This document shows positions 38,881 through 52,501 of a DNA stretch of 64,000 nt, piece after piece. The translations under genes were made by a program, and so were the position numbers. The stretch is taken from NCBI RefSeq assembly GCF_001194135.2, contig NC_068986.1, forward strand, positions 77,884,499-77,948,498. Direction: 5' to 3'. The notes under the pieces were generated by a model, which was not told the DNA's origin, made no database searches, and was given only the letters and a program-made list of their open reading frames with translations. Origin of the DNA: Octopus bimaculoides (lineage: Eukaryota). The first letter of the stretch is position 1. Each line of letters opens with the position of its first letter.

Positions 38881-40556
38881 ACAGTCTCCAAACAGCTATA
38901 TACAATAGCCACATTCTGCTTGAAAATTGAAGATAACTAAACCTACATTTCAGAATATATTATTAGATATATGGTACTTCCTTTTCTCTTTTATTTTTTC
39001 TTTTCCTTAATGTTTAGTCAAGGAAGAATAACACCCACCCAAAGCATTTTATTATTAAGGGGCTCTTAGGCTAGTTGGATGAAGGGAGGAAGCTGTCCTT
39101 TAACTGGGGGCCTTAATAATGAGAAACTAAGGAGCTCAAATAAGGAGCTTAATAATGACAAACTACAATTAATCAATATTAAGCTGGTATTTAAGGTGAG
39201 GAGCTGGCAGAGTTGTTAGCATGCTGGGCACTATGTTTAGAAGCATTTTGTCTGTCATTACATTCTGAGTTCAAATTCAAAGACTTTGCCTTTCATCCTT
39301 GCAGGGTCAATAAAATAAGAACCAGTTGAACCGAGATCAATGTAATCGACTTACCCTCACACCTGAAATTGCTGGCCTTGTGCCTAAATTTGAAATTAAT
39401 GTCAAGCTGGTATTTGAAATTTAACAAAAACATATTCTTATATAAAGTCACAATGGAAATCAGAATCAACATAAAATAATATGTGAGATGTCTGGATTGA
39501 ATTGCCGGTACAATCCATCTGATAAACTTCCATACAGTTTCCATCTGTACCTAATTTTATTGCAAAGGCTTGGATGTTGACCTGCAGCTGTGTTGAATTG
39601 TAAACATGAAAGCAGTGTATTTCAATAGAAATATTATTGTCTTGGAAAAGTTAGTATTAGAGTGATTGTTTGTGACATGGTTGTCAGATTAGATTTTTTT
39701 AATTCCTCCTCCTCCTCATGGTCGTCATGGTCATCCTGGTTGTCCTAGTCTTCATGGTAATCATCGTTGTCATCATCATCATCGATATCATTGTTATCCT
39801 CCCCTCCTCTTTATCATCATCAACATCATTCTNNNNNNNNNNNNNNNNNNNNNNNNNNNNNNNNNNNNNNNNNNNNNNNNNNNNNNNNNNNNNNNNNNNN
39901 NNNNNNNNNNNNNNNNNNNNNNNNNNNNNNNNNNNNNNNNNNNNNNNNNNNNNNNNNNNNNNNNNNNNNNNNNNNNNNCCTTCTTCCCCTTCTTCTTCTC
40001 CTCTTCTCCATACCCTCATGCTCCTGCTTCTCCTTGTCATCTCATCATCATTACCATCCTCCTCCTCCTCATCCATCCTGCAAAACCACCACCACCACCA
40101 CCACCGTCGTCGTCGTCGTCATGTCATGCAGTGGAATTGAGCCCAAATTCTCATAATTGCAAAACAAGCATCTAAGCCAATCAGCTACGCTTACATCCAT
40201 AATAATTCCCTATACAATAATCACTGACATAAGCATAAGAAATGCCATCTTAAGTGTACAAGTATGTTTCAGTTGAATGAAATAAGATTGTTATTAGTCA
40301 CTTCAAATTTTGGTAACAAACTGAAATTATTAGTTCCTACAGTCTAAGAGAGAACTTGTGTTATCACTTATTATAAGAGCGGTGCCTCGTTAACTCTTAT
40401 ACCTCGTTGGTGTTCAATCATACTAGGTCTTATGGAAAAATATAATTGGATGCAATAGATGGTAATAGCAAATATCAAAATACCTAAAAATGATTAAATA
40501 AATGTAAAGCAAATAAAACAAACACTAGATATCAAACTCTCTGAAGATAATCTATG

Positions 40557-40612
<56 letters not shown>

Positions 40613-40643
40613 GATATATATACATATATATATACATATACAC

Positions 40644-40678
<35 letters not shown>

Positions 40679-40889
40679 TTTGTATGCATATATGTCTATA
40701 TAAAATGGACATTAGATAATGATAGCAATGACAATGATGATATATATATATATATATAGGTGCAGGAATGTCTGTGTGGTAAGAAGCTTGCTTCCCAAAC
40801 ACATGGTTCTAAATTCAGTCTCACTGTGTGACATCTTGGGCTGACCAAAGCCTTGTGAGTGAATTTGGTAGATGGAAACTGAAAGAAGC

Positions 40890-40939
<50 letters not shown>

Positions 40940-41719
40940 CACACACACATATGTATGTATATTATGTATATGTATACAGATAACCATTTATTATATTGTA
41001 AGTTGCCTTGGAATTTATTTGTACATATGGATAAAGATATTGTCTTCTCTCTGTACTGTACATGTACAATTTAAAGGAAGAAAATGAAAATCCCAAAAAT
41101 ATTGAAAAAAAAAAAAGAAATTATAGAAAAATATAGAAAATCTAAATTCAAATGAAATAAAATAAATGAAAGATAGGGAAAATACCTTGCAGTAAGAAAG
41201 CGAAAAGCAAAAAATATAAACAGAAACAAAAAAGAAAACAAAGAAAAAACAAAACTAATGAAAGGAAACAAAAAACAAAAACAGATAGGATAGTCAGAAA
41301 ATATGTCATTGGGAAAGTACTATTGTAATTATTGCTGAAGGCCTGCCTTATGGTTTCTCCCTGAAGCTGTATTCTTCATTACTCTTCACTGTTTGCCAGT
41401 TAAGGGGGAAAAGAGAACAAGGAAAGAATAGAACTGATGACTGGAGAAAGATGGTAAAATGAAGTAGCAGGAAACAAGCGACTTGTGAAGCAGGTAGGTG
41501 ATGAATTGGAAGTAAGCTTACCAAAGAAAACGAAAGATCTAATTTTTGTTATTTACATGTAGGCATGGCTGTGTGGTTAGAAGTTTGCTTTCTAACAACA
41601 TGGTTTGGGGTTCAGTCCCACAGCATGACACCCCAGGCAAGGATTTTCTAATATAGCTTCAGGCTGACCCAAGCCTTATGAGTTGATTTAATAGACAGAA
41701 ACTGAAGGAAGCTTGTTGC

Positions 41720-41753
<34 letters not shown>

Positions 41754-41877
41754 ATTCTCTCTCACTCTCTTTCTCTTCCTTTCTTCTTCCCCCCATACCC
41801 CGCTTCCCTCTCTCTCNNNNNNNNNNNNNNNNNNNNNNNNNNNNNNNNNNNNNNNNNNNNNNNNNNNNNNNNNNNNN

Positions 41878-41911
<34 letters not shown>

Positions 41912-42559
41912 GCACGTGCCATCAGCAATTACTCAAGGTAGGAAGCTGGTGACGTTTATATAGTAAAACACAAAAAGTAAGTGAAACACAGGCATGCGGC
42001 TGAGTTGTAGGCAGTTTTACTTTTGCCTTTATAGTGTGTAAAGAAAACGTTGTTGTAGGAATGCACGCAACACATATACTACAGCAGTTTTATGTATAGC
42101 TTTAATACTGAGATCGAAAGGCAAGGGCAAATTATCCCTACCTAGTCTACAAAAAAGAAAGATATTTTGCATTTTATGCATAGTAATCAGAGTAACCTTC
42201 ATAATCTTATTGAATTAGGTGCGTATTTTACCATACAAGGAAAATGTTGCTATCAATCTATTTCATTCACGGTAGGCACTGCCTACCTTGCCTACTCAGG
42301 CCGCATGTCCATGATATATATATATGGTAGGGGTTTGCTCCCCTCCTTGCAATATATTGAACACAGGTTGTATTATTAACTAGCTGAAGATCTTCACCTG
42401 AGGTTAAAAAAAAATAGTAGTGTCATTCTATATGGAACAGCCATGTTGAAGTGGCAACAAAGATTACTTTTCAGAAGAGTTACTACTTGCATCTCTTATA
42501 GAGATTTCAGAACTAGCAGCTTTGCTTGTTATATATATATATATATATATACAACAAAT

Positions 42560-42870
42560 TAATGTACCTGCTTGTTGTTCTTTCACCTGTCTTCGTCTTG
42601 GTTTCTGTAAATTCGAACTATATGTATATATATGTATATGTATATATATGTATATGTATATAAATATATATATATATTCGCCATGATAGATCGTTAGCCA
42701 CTAAACCTTTTTCTATTTTTTTCTCCCTGTTTATTTTTGTGTTCCTTTCTGTTGAAGAGCATAGGCTTGAAATGTAAAAGACTTTCTTACTTTCCAAGCA
42801 TTAAACTAATACATCTGTTTGTTGTTTACACACCTCTCTTTGTCTTTTGTTCTTTTGTAAATTCTCACTG
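42560..42870 (+). mobile_element. PLE pLTR-like terminus with HHR-like motif
   Basis: cttt-CTGTTGA-A-GAGC-ATAG-GCTT-GAAAT-GTA-AAAG at 42745-42780. A homolog in reverse orientation lies at 59755-59940. Confidence 0.6.
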
Positions 42871-42882
42871 TATATATATATA

Positions 42883-42951
<69 letters not shown>

Positions 42952-43287
42952 ACTTGGGGATGGTCATATTGCCAGTTTAGCCAATAAAAACACACGCACT
43001 GTATATNNNNNNNNNNNNNNNNNNNNNNNNNNNNNNNNNNNNNNNNNNNNNNNNNNNNNNNNNNNNNNNNNNNNNNNNNNNNNNNNNNNNNNNNNNNNNN
43101 NNNNNNNNNNNNNNNNNNNNNNNNNNNNNNNNNNNNNNNNNNNNNNNNNNNNNNNNNNNNNNNNNNNNNNNNNNNNNNNNNNNNNNNNNNNNNNNNNNNN
43201 NNNNNNNNNNNNNNNNNNNNNNNNNNNNNNNNNNNNNNNNNNNNNNNNNNNNNNNNNNNNNNNNNNNNNNNNNNNNNNNNNNNNNNN

Positions 43288-43358
<71 letters not shown>

Positions 43359-44423
43359 ATATATAAAGGTTTGGTGCTGCAAACAGGAAAAATAGAACTC
43401 AAAACTTGAATATGTGTGTACTGTATTGTATTTATTAATATATGTATGTGTGTGTACATGTATGTGTGTGTAGGTGTATGTGTGTGTGAGCGTGTGTGTG
43501 TGTGTGTGTGTGCATGCACGCACACGTGCATGGTATGTGCATGCATATATATGTGTGTGTGAGTCATTGTATTTGTATTTGTCACACCACAGTTTGACAA
43601 CTGGTGTTGGTTTGTTTACATCCCTGTAACTTAGCAGTAGACTAAAAAAAAATTTTATGTATATTGTCATCAAATATATAAGTAGTCATTATCCTCAGGC
43701 TTTAGAAAACCTATATCAATTCTTACTAATACTCATCATCCCCACCCACCCTCCTCTTTTAACATTCATCTTCTGTGAAGGTACTAGCTGGCCATGTGCC
43801 ATCAAAAATGAAAGAATAGAGATGAAAGAATAGAGTATGGAGGAAGGAACTGGAATAGGTTTCTTGCTGTAATGATGATACTTGCTGTTCATATTATACA
43901 GGAGTAGATAGACGTAATCAGTGTGGTGCTGGGAAGATGGTAATGACAAGGATATCAAGGTGGGCTTGGGGCCAGAAGAACACGAACTATGGCTGAATAG
44001 AAAGTCCTATTTTTCCTGTTTGCATCACCAAACCTATATATATATATATATATNNNNNNNNNNNNNNNNNNNNNNNNNNNNNNNNNNNNNNNNNNNNNNN
44101 NNNNNNNNNNNNNNNNNNNNNNNNNNNNNNNNNNNNNNNNNNNNNNNNNNNNNNNNNNNNNNNNNNNNNNNNNNNNNNNNNNNNNNNNNNNNNNNNNNNN
44201 NNNNNNNNNNNNNNNNNNNNNNNNNNNNNNNNNNNNNNNNNNNNNNNNNNNNNNNNNNNNNNNNNNNNNNNNNNNNNNNNNAGGTACCTGCAGTAGTTTT
44301 TAAGTTATATCAGATATATTCATTGCAACATGTGGAAATGTAGAAATATGCAAACACAAAGTGAAATAAAATTCTAAATAATGTTTCAACTCCAGAATGA
44401 AAAAAAATTATTTATTCCTTTTT

Positions 44424-44468
<45 letters not shown>

Positions 44469-45020
44469 AAATTAATATTTAAGAAATAAATAAAAATGAA
44501 ATCTCTTTGGCAATTAGTAAATATATTAGATTGAATATTAGATTGGAGCCTGGTGCAGCCTTCTGGCTTGCCAGCTCTCAGTCAAACCTTCCAACCCATG
44601 CCAGCATGGAAAACGGACTTTAAATGACGGTGATGATAATGATAATCATCATCATTGTTTAACGTCTGCCTTCCATGCTGGCATGGGTAGATCACAGTAT
44701 CGACCAGACTATTGAATGTTATACATCACTGGTCACAATGCACTTCACATCATTTCAGCTTTTGAATTACACCACCCCACTGGCTAGGTTGAGCAGGCCA
44801 ACATACCCCCACAAACAGGAAGGCTATTCCATTGTAGTGTTACCCTTTTACAGCTTAGTAGACTGGAGCAATGTGAAATGAAGTGTTTTGCTCGAGAACT
44901 GCTGCCCAGTCCAGGAGTCAAACTCATGATCTGGCAATCATGAATGCAACACCCAAACTATTAGGCCACACACCTTCACATGTTTGTGTGTGTGTGTGTG
45001 TGTGTGTGTGNNNNNNNNNN

Positions 45021-45052
<32 letters not shown>

Positions 45053-47489
45053 AATATATTCATTCATTTATTTATCATAATTGTAGAAGAAGAATGATGA
45101 CAATGATTTCAAAGTTACAGCCTGCTGATGATGGCTAGCGGGTCAAAACTTTAAGGTCACTATCACTGCTCTTGTAAAAATATAATAAATGTTATGTACT
45201 CTACAAAAGTATTAACTAATACTTCAGTTTAATGTAAGATTGTTTTTTTATAACTAGACATAAAAAACAATCATTAATACATGAATGTGTGTGCGTGTGC
45301 ACACACACATACATGCATGCACACACATTTATATGTTAGGAAGGGCATCCAGCTGTAGAAACCATGCCACAATAGACAATTGGAGTCTGGACAGCACCCC
45401 GGCTGGCCACCAGCTCCTTTCAAACCATCCAAATTATGCCAGCATGGAAAACAGATGTTAAGCAATGATGATGAAATCTTTCCTATATATATATATTACA
45501 AGTAACATTCGTGCATACATTTCCCTCTTACATAAAAAGCGAAAGCGAAATCATGATGGCACCTGTGCCCAGCGTTGCCTTCCTGGCACTTGTGCCGGTG
45601 GCATGTGTAAAGACATTCGAGCGAGATCGTTGCCAGTGCCACTGGACTTGCTCCTGTGCAGGTGGCACGTAAGATACACCATTTTGAGCGTGGCCGTTGC
45701 CAGTACCGCCTGACTGGCCTTCGTGCCGGTGGCACATAAAAGCACCTACTACACTCTCTGAGTGGTTGGCGTTAGGAAGGGCATCCAGCTGTAGAAACTC
45801 TGCCAAATCAGATTAGAGCCTGGTGTAACCATCTGGGTCACCAGTCCTCAGTCAAATCGTCCAACCCATGTTAGCATGGAAAGCAGACATTAAACGATGA
45901 TGATGATAAAAATATACATTTAAATTCATGTTTAGTATATCAGAGTGTAGAAAGATAACTTTATTGCTTAGCACCAATATTTCCTGGATGTCATGCTAAA
46001 AGTTTCAAAATCACAAAATAAGCTATTGATTAAACAAAAGACTTGACATCCTAAAGGAAGTGCAGTGAAATGGGATAAGATCATAAATTTTTATTCTATC
46101 ACTTTTATTCTCTTGTGTTCTCAAGCATGTCACCCAATATAACCATGCAATATTTACCAGTTACATAAACAGTTGAAAATTAAAAACAAAACAGGTGGAG
46201 TGGAAAGAACTCCATAGAGAATGATTTAATGTAGAAGGTGGGGTTTCATAATGCCTTGTAAATTATTTGGTATGAACACTCTAAATAATTATAAATGGCA
46301 TTAAGCCCTGATCATGAGATAGCTTGTGACAAACTAAAATGCACTTACCCCTATTCTAAGATAGCTCACGTAAATCCACCCCTCTACTATTTGCTGACAC
46401 ATAACCCCAAGATAATTCATGCTTCTGTTGGTGCTTGTAAAACCAATTAATTTAGTTGTCATTGGAATTTCTTATATTGACCAATCTAAAAACGTTTTAC
46501 TAATGTTATTGGCAAGTTTTGGCATACAATTTAGTTATACAAACCAATTTGAATGCATTTCTATTCACTGTGGAAACATAACAATAATGGATAAAAAGAG
46601 CTAGTCACTCTTGTTGCTAGTGTGAAGAGGCACAAAATGTTTTTAGTCTCTAATGCTTGTTAATTAAGACGGGAGCCCCAAATATGTATTTACCCCAGGC
46701 ATTGAAGATCCTTTGATGATGGTGATGATGATGATAATGGTGGTGGCGGTGGTGCTACTGTGATGATGACGATGATGATGATGATGATGATGATGACAAT
46801 GATGCTGACTGGCAGAATCATTAAAGTATTGGAGGAAAAAAAAGCCTTGTGGTACTGGTTCTGACTTTACATTCTGAGTTGAAATCAGTTGAGGTCAACT
46901 TTGTCTTTCATCCTTTCAGGTTTAATAAAATAAGATACCAGTCAAGTACTAGGGTCAATATATATAATTTGAGAGAAACAAGTTAACTGACTATATTGAC
47001 TACACTTGTGCCCGTCTTTGAAGCTATTAATAATATTATTGTTATTGAGGGTTTGTTTAAATTTCTTAAACGAATACAAGAGATAAACAGTATCAAGTTG
47101 TTTGTCTGTGAAGAAATAAGAGAAAAGCACATGAAGAACAGACTGATTATGAAAACAACATCAACAGTCTCTTGGAAGATGTATCTGAGCTTTCAGCAGG
47201 ATGTAGATTCCCTACTAATTTTCCAGCAGATAAACTCTTCACAGGCTTGTCCAAAATGGAACAAACGTGTATGGCAGTCTCAGATAGCCATGGAATACTT
47301 CTCAGCCATGTATGGATGAGTTGCCTAAAATATTTTCCATCTCTTTTCTTTTTTTTTTTTATATATATATATATTGTACCTTTTTCTAATGACAATATAT
47401 ATTGATCTTTAATTATGTAGCAAAATTTCATTGTTACAACTAATTATAAATGACTACATACATATATATATACATACACACACATATAT

Positions 47490-47564
<75 letters not shown>

Positions 47565-47689
47565 TACCTATATATATACACACACAAACATTTGTGTCCT
47601 ACACTTCTCTATGGAAAGCACCAATATCTGCTAAAAAGTACTGTCTAAAAATACTACTACAAAAAAAAAGTAAGTTTTATCAAAAAATT

Positions 47690-50370
47690 CAGATGGAAAA
47701 ATTTACCATTATGAAAAAGACCAAATGGAAAACCAGCACCCAACAACAGTTAAATGTCCACCTTCCATAGCTACAACCCTTCAAAGATGACCTATGTAGA
47801 ATGATCAAGCAAATGAAATTCAACAAGTGAGCCAACGAACTGCAAAAAAAAGTTGAAGCAGAAAATCAACTGCATAAAAAGAAACCTAAATTTGTAAAAT
47901 TGGACAAGACAAGCAACCTCTACCAGATAAGTCATCCTACTTATAACTGCTTTCTTTCTAACACAATATCTAACATATACAAAAACACACGAAATATGCA
48001 ACTTTAAATGATATAAACACCACAACCAAATAATTAGCCACTAAATTAGGATAAATGATAAAGTAGACACATTAACACCACAATCCTCAAATATAATCAT
48101 GAAAGATCACAAGTCAAACATCAATAGCAACCCATCTGTCAAACTTATAAATCCTTTGAAACCAGACAAAAATATTATAGACAAATTTTCACCAAAAACT
48201 AAAAACAATATTGTCTGGAGTAACACATATGAAGTAATAGATTGGTTCAATAGGATTCTAAACAAAAATGAATGTCATTTCTTCCAGTTTGACATCAGAG
48301 ATTATTACATGTCAGTATCAAAATTTTTCTTATAGCTGCTTTGAACTTCACTAAAGCCAAATCCACAGTAAATGACACCGACAGAGAAACAATATTACAA
48401 ACAAGAAAATCATTCCTCTCCCATAACAATTCTTTCTGGATTACAAAAACACTAAAGGATCATCTGATCTAAGCATGGGATCAAAGGACTTGGCAGAGGT
48501 AAGTGACTCTGAACTAGTCTCTTCATGCAAGCACAAAATCTTAAAAACATTAAAACATTTCAAATCAATAATGTTTACTAATGGCTAAACATCTCACCAG
48601 CTTCTCTCCTTCTACCTGCACCATAAACTATCTCCATAACATACATAAAAAACATTTTTACAGCTTCATACTAAACAAGTATAGTAGAAATTATCTAGAA
48701 GTTTCCCTGTCTCCAACTAAAATTTCCACAAAAGATTTTCTAATATAAGTGCACAAACCTACATGTACACACATAAATGTATATTTGTATGCAAGCAAGT
48801 TGGAAAACCCTTTTCTTTTTAATTTGCCATTTAAAAAAAAATATTAAAACATTTTTTAATCAATTTTTAAAATTAAATTTTATTTTTATTCTCATTTTTA
48901 ATGCTCCACTTTTGCATATATCCATAGGCCTAAAATAGTACATTATAAAATACCCACATTTAAAACAGAGTTGAAGAACATTATTTACATTATTTACAAT
49001 TGATGGATATTTGTCCTCATCTTGTTTGTTGTTAACACAACGTTTTGGCTGATAGACCCTCCAGCCTTCATCAGGTATCTTGAGGAAATTTCGAACCTAG
49101 GTTGTCATTCCTAAGGTATTTTTCAATGTTGTCATTATTATTATTATTATTAGTCAGGTCACTGCCTGGAATTGAACTCAGAATCTTGGGGTTAGTAGCC
49201 CGTGCTCTTAACCACTATGCCATATGCACATGAGTATAGTGGTTAAGAGCGCGGGCTACTAACCCCAAGATTCCAAGTTCGATTCCAGGCAATGACCTGA
49301 ATAATTATAATAATAATCATCGAAAAATACCTTAGGAATGAGAACCCAGGTTCAAAATTTCCCCAAGACACTTGATGAAGGCTGGAGGGTGTATCAGCCG
49401 AAAAGTTGTGTTAACAACAAAGAAGATGAGGACAAATATCTGTCAATTGTAAATAATGTACATAATTCCTCATCTCGTAAATATGGAACAAAATTGAAGA
49501 AATATTTACATTGCCCACAAACTCTGCCTCCATAAAATGCAAAGGTTAAAATTTCTATATATTAATCAAATTGTTTATCGAACAATGAACCCTAAGAGAG
49601 AAACTTACAGACCAATAACCTTTACACTTAACCACATCTTGTGGATGTCAAAGCACAAGATAAACAAATTCCTATACAAACAATACCAAGACATGCCTGA
49701 CTGATAAATTCCAGCCTTCCAGACAGGAAGTACCCTAAATAACAATGGCAAGTAAAGGAACTGACCAGCTAAAACATGCCATCTTTTGTTGTGAACCCTA
49801 AAAAAATTCCATAACAAAAAAGTAAATACACCCAATTACTAAGTTTTTAAATACTGGTCTAAAATTTGAAGCTTTGACATTTACTTTGCCAAAGCTAAGG
49901 ATTAAATTCTATAAAACCAAAAGTAATTAAAACTACTGGCACATCCTGTACCTACATACATCCTTTTTGTGAACCACTAAAACACAATCCCATGAAGGAG
50001 AGAAACCTAAATATACACAGCTGCTTACAACTTTCTACATACATGAATAAATTCTAAGCAATAACGCAATCCCATATTTAATCAATAGAATTTCTCTAAA
50101 ACACCTCTCCATTGTAACTCACCCAACAACCTAATTACCCCCACTCTAAACCCATATATCCAAGGAAGATTTTAACTCTACAGAAACTATATAAAGCCAA
50201 GTTTATTTTCAATGCACTCCAGTCTGACGATGGCTTAGCTGGTCAAAACTTCGAAGTCACTGTCAACAATATTCTTGTTTAAGAATAATAAATTTGTACT
50301 CTACAAAAGTATTGAGTAACACATCAGGTTAATGTAAAATTGTTTTTATCATAACTGAACATAAAATCAA
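47690..50370 (+). mobile_element. Penelope-like element relic (Neptune-type RT), interrupted
   Basis: KLDKTSNLYQ, MKDHKSN..NPSVKLINP, WSNTYEVIDWFNRI..CHFFQFDIRDYY, ILQTRKSFL..FWITK and DLSMGSKDLAEV occur in PLE RT order. The 3' end carries ctgacga...aaaac; a solo copy of that end lies at 45120-45270. Confidence 0.78.
48979..49485. mobile_element. Palindromic non-autonomous element: two divergent tRNA-like heads, each followed by (AAT)n and a minimal HHR
   Basis: Arms 48979-49220 and ~49232-49465 are reverse complements. TSD aaacagagttgaagaa / gaacaaaattgaagaa (13/16). HHRs at 49034-49079(-) and 49367-49412(+). Confidence 0.85.
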
Positions 50371-50503
50371 ACAACAAGATTGCCTGCTTCAGTGTGCCAG
50401 CAAATTTAAAGGAAGTCTGAAGGAAAGTTTTAGCAAAAACAATGGCGGGGCAATGAGACATGAGATGATGCATATATATATTTATATAGATAGATAGATA
50501 TAA

Positions 50504-50541
<38 letters not shown>

Positions 50542-50781
50542 NNNNNNNNNNNNNNNNNNNNNNNNNNNNNNNNNNNNNNNNNNNNNNNNNNNNNNNNNNN
50601 NNNNNNNNNNNNNNNNNNNNNNNNNNNNNNNNNNNNNNNNNNNNNNNNNNNNNNNNNNNNNNNNNNNNNNNNNNNNNNNNNNNNNNNNNNNNNNNNNNNN
50701 NNNNNNNNNNNNNNNNNNNNNNNNNNNNNNNNNNNNNNNNNNNNNNNNNNNNNNNNNNNNNNNNNNNNNNNNNNNNNNNAA

Positions 50782-51090
50782 GCCAGTCCAGGGGCGCTGG
50801 TAACGATCTCGCTCGAAAATCCTACAGGAGCCAGTCAGGCGGTACTGGCAACGGCCACGCTCAAAATGGTGCATCTCATGTGCCACCCGCACAAGAACCA
50901 GTCCAGGGGCACTGGCAACGATCTTACTTTGCTTGCCGGGTCTTCTCACGCACAGCACATTTCCAAAGGTCTCGGTCAGTAGTCATCGCCTCGGTGAGGC
51001 CCAATGTACGAAGGTCTTGCCTCACCACCTCAGCCCAGGTCTTCCTGGGCTTACCTCTTCCACGGGTTCCCTCAACTGTTAGGGTGTGGC
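50782..51090 (-). mobile_element. RTE LINE 3' end
   Basis: TLTVEGTRGRGKPRKTWAEVVRQDLRTLGLTEAMTTDRDLWKCAVREKTRQAK* plus UTR subrepeats. Confidence 0.88.
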
Positions 51091-51247
51091 ACTTATATAT
51101 ATATGTATGTGCACATATGTGTACACACATTGATTAAAGAGCTTCTAATGTTAAAAGGAACAAAACACAGAAGTAAAACAACAAAAAAAAAAGGTATAAA
51201 GAATGGAAAAACTAAACATTAAAAAATATCTACATCTAACGACGTAC

Positions 51248-51369
51248 CTGGTTATGATATTCAATTCCCATACTAAGTGTATTGATTAAGATGGCAAGTA
51301 ATATTCCCCTCTGGAAGATTTTGCTTTCCACTGCCTTCTTCAAGTATCCTTGTGACTTTGTTAAAATTT
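51248..51369 (-). CDS. Cav3: Cav3 exon, domain II S1 ([40 protein letters not shown])
   Basis: Not in the ORF track; read manually. Acceptor tactttttcag|, donor CAG|gtacgt. 122 bp, phase 1 to 0. Matches the Cav3 IIS1 signature (IVDSKYF.RGI..AIL.NTLSMG.EYH.Q). Confidence 0.96.
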
Positions 51370-51435
51370 CTGAAAAAGTAAAGCAAAACAAATTATAGAA
51401 TTAAAATGACAATAGGAATCACAAATTTTAATCAG

Positions 51436-51497
<62 letters not shown>

Positions 51498-52194
51498 GTT
51501 CATGTACATATATACACACAAAATTGAAATAAATTTGTAGTAATTCTGTTTGTTATCAATGTTAGTTCTTTTAACAACAAGAAATGAAACAGGATTATTT
51601 CACTCAGACAGATACAAAAAAGCAAGAAAGTATGTATACATATAAAATAAAATAATAATCATAATAATAATGATGATGATACTAATAATTATAATAATAA
51701 AGCATAAAAATGTATGTGAATTTTACAAAAACCATCCATAGATGCACACACGTGCACACCACACTCATTAAGTATCCTGATTTTACTTTCCCTTTCTTAC
51801 ACAAATTTTTATATTAATATTCTGTCTTCTTTAACTCTTTTCTGTTGAATGTAGACAATTTTAGTCTATCAACTCATTTTGTATCTGCTTTCCATGCTGA
51901 CACGAATTGGACGGGTCATCACAGCTTAAGTCATATCTTCATAGGAGTCACCCATTCGTGTCATTTTGGTTAGTTTTGTTTACGGCTGGGTGCCCTTCTT
52001 ATTGTCATCTATTTTGCATTGGTGCATTGAGTGCACTTCTCCTCATGGAACCAACACCAGTGAAGTGGAATAGTCCTCGGCATGGCATGACTAAAGAGAC
52101 CTCACAAACATACTTTCTGTGTTCACTTGCCAATCACTTTACCTTGTGTACTGGGTGTGTATTTCACAGTAACTAGACTTATTCACCAATCACT

Positions 52195-52440
52195 CTCTCT
52201 TTCTTTTATTCTTTTATTTGTCTCAGTCATTTGACTGGCCATACTGGAGCACTTCCTTTAGTCGAAGAAATCAACCCCAGGACTTATTCTTTGGAAGCCT
52301 AGTATTTATTCTATCAGTCTCTTTTGCCAAACCGCTAAGTGACAGGAACGTAAACACACCAGCATCGGTTGTCAAGCGATGTTGTGGGGACAAACACAGA
52401 CACACAAACATATACACACACATACATATATATATATATT

Positions 52441-52501
<61 letters not shown>

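Noticed and set aside
42271-42287. Perfect hairpin ggtaggca-c-tgcctacc as a possible Helitron 3' end
   Set aside because: No CTRR terminus at the expected distance and no second copy in the window.
45465-45806. Overlapping ORFs similar to those at 13609-13890 and 50880-51137
   Set aside because: Shared because all derive from the same RTE 3' UTR subrepeat, not from a conserved protein.
49232-49300. tRNA gene (anticodon-like ACT); also the head at 37672-37741
   Set aside because: No complete acceptor stem or cloverleaf, and each is embedded in a repeat with a TSD; these are SINE-type heads.
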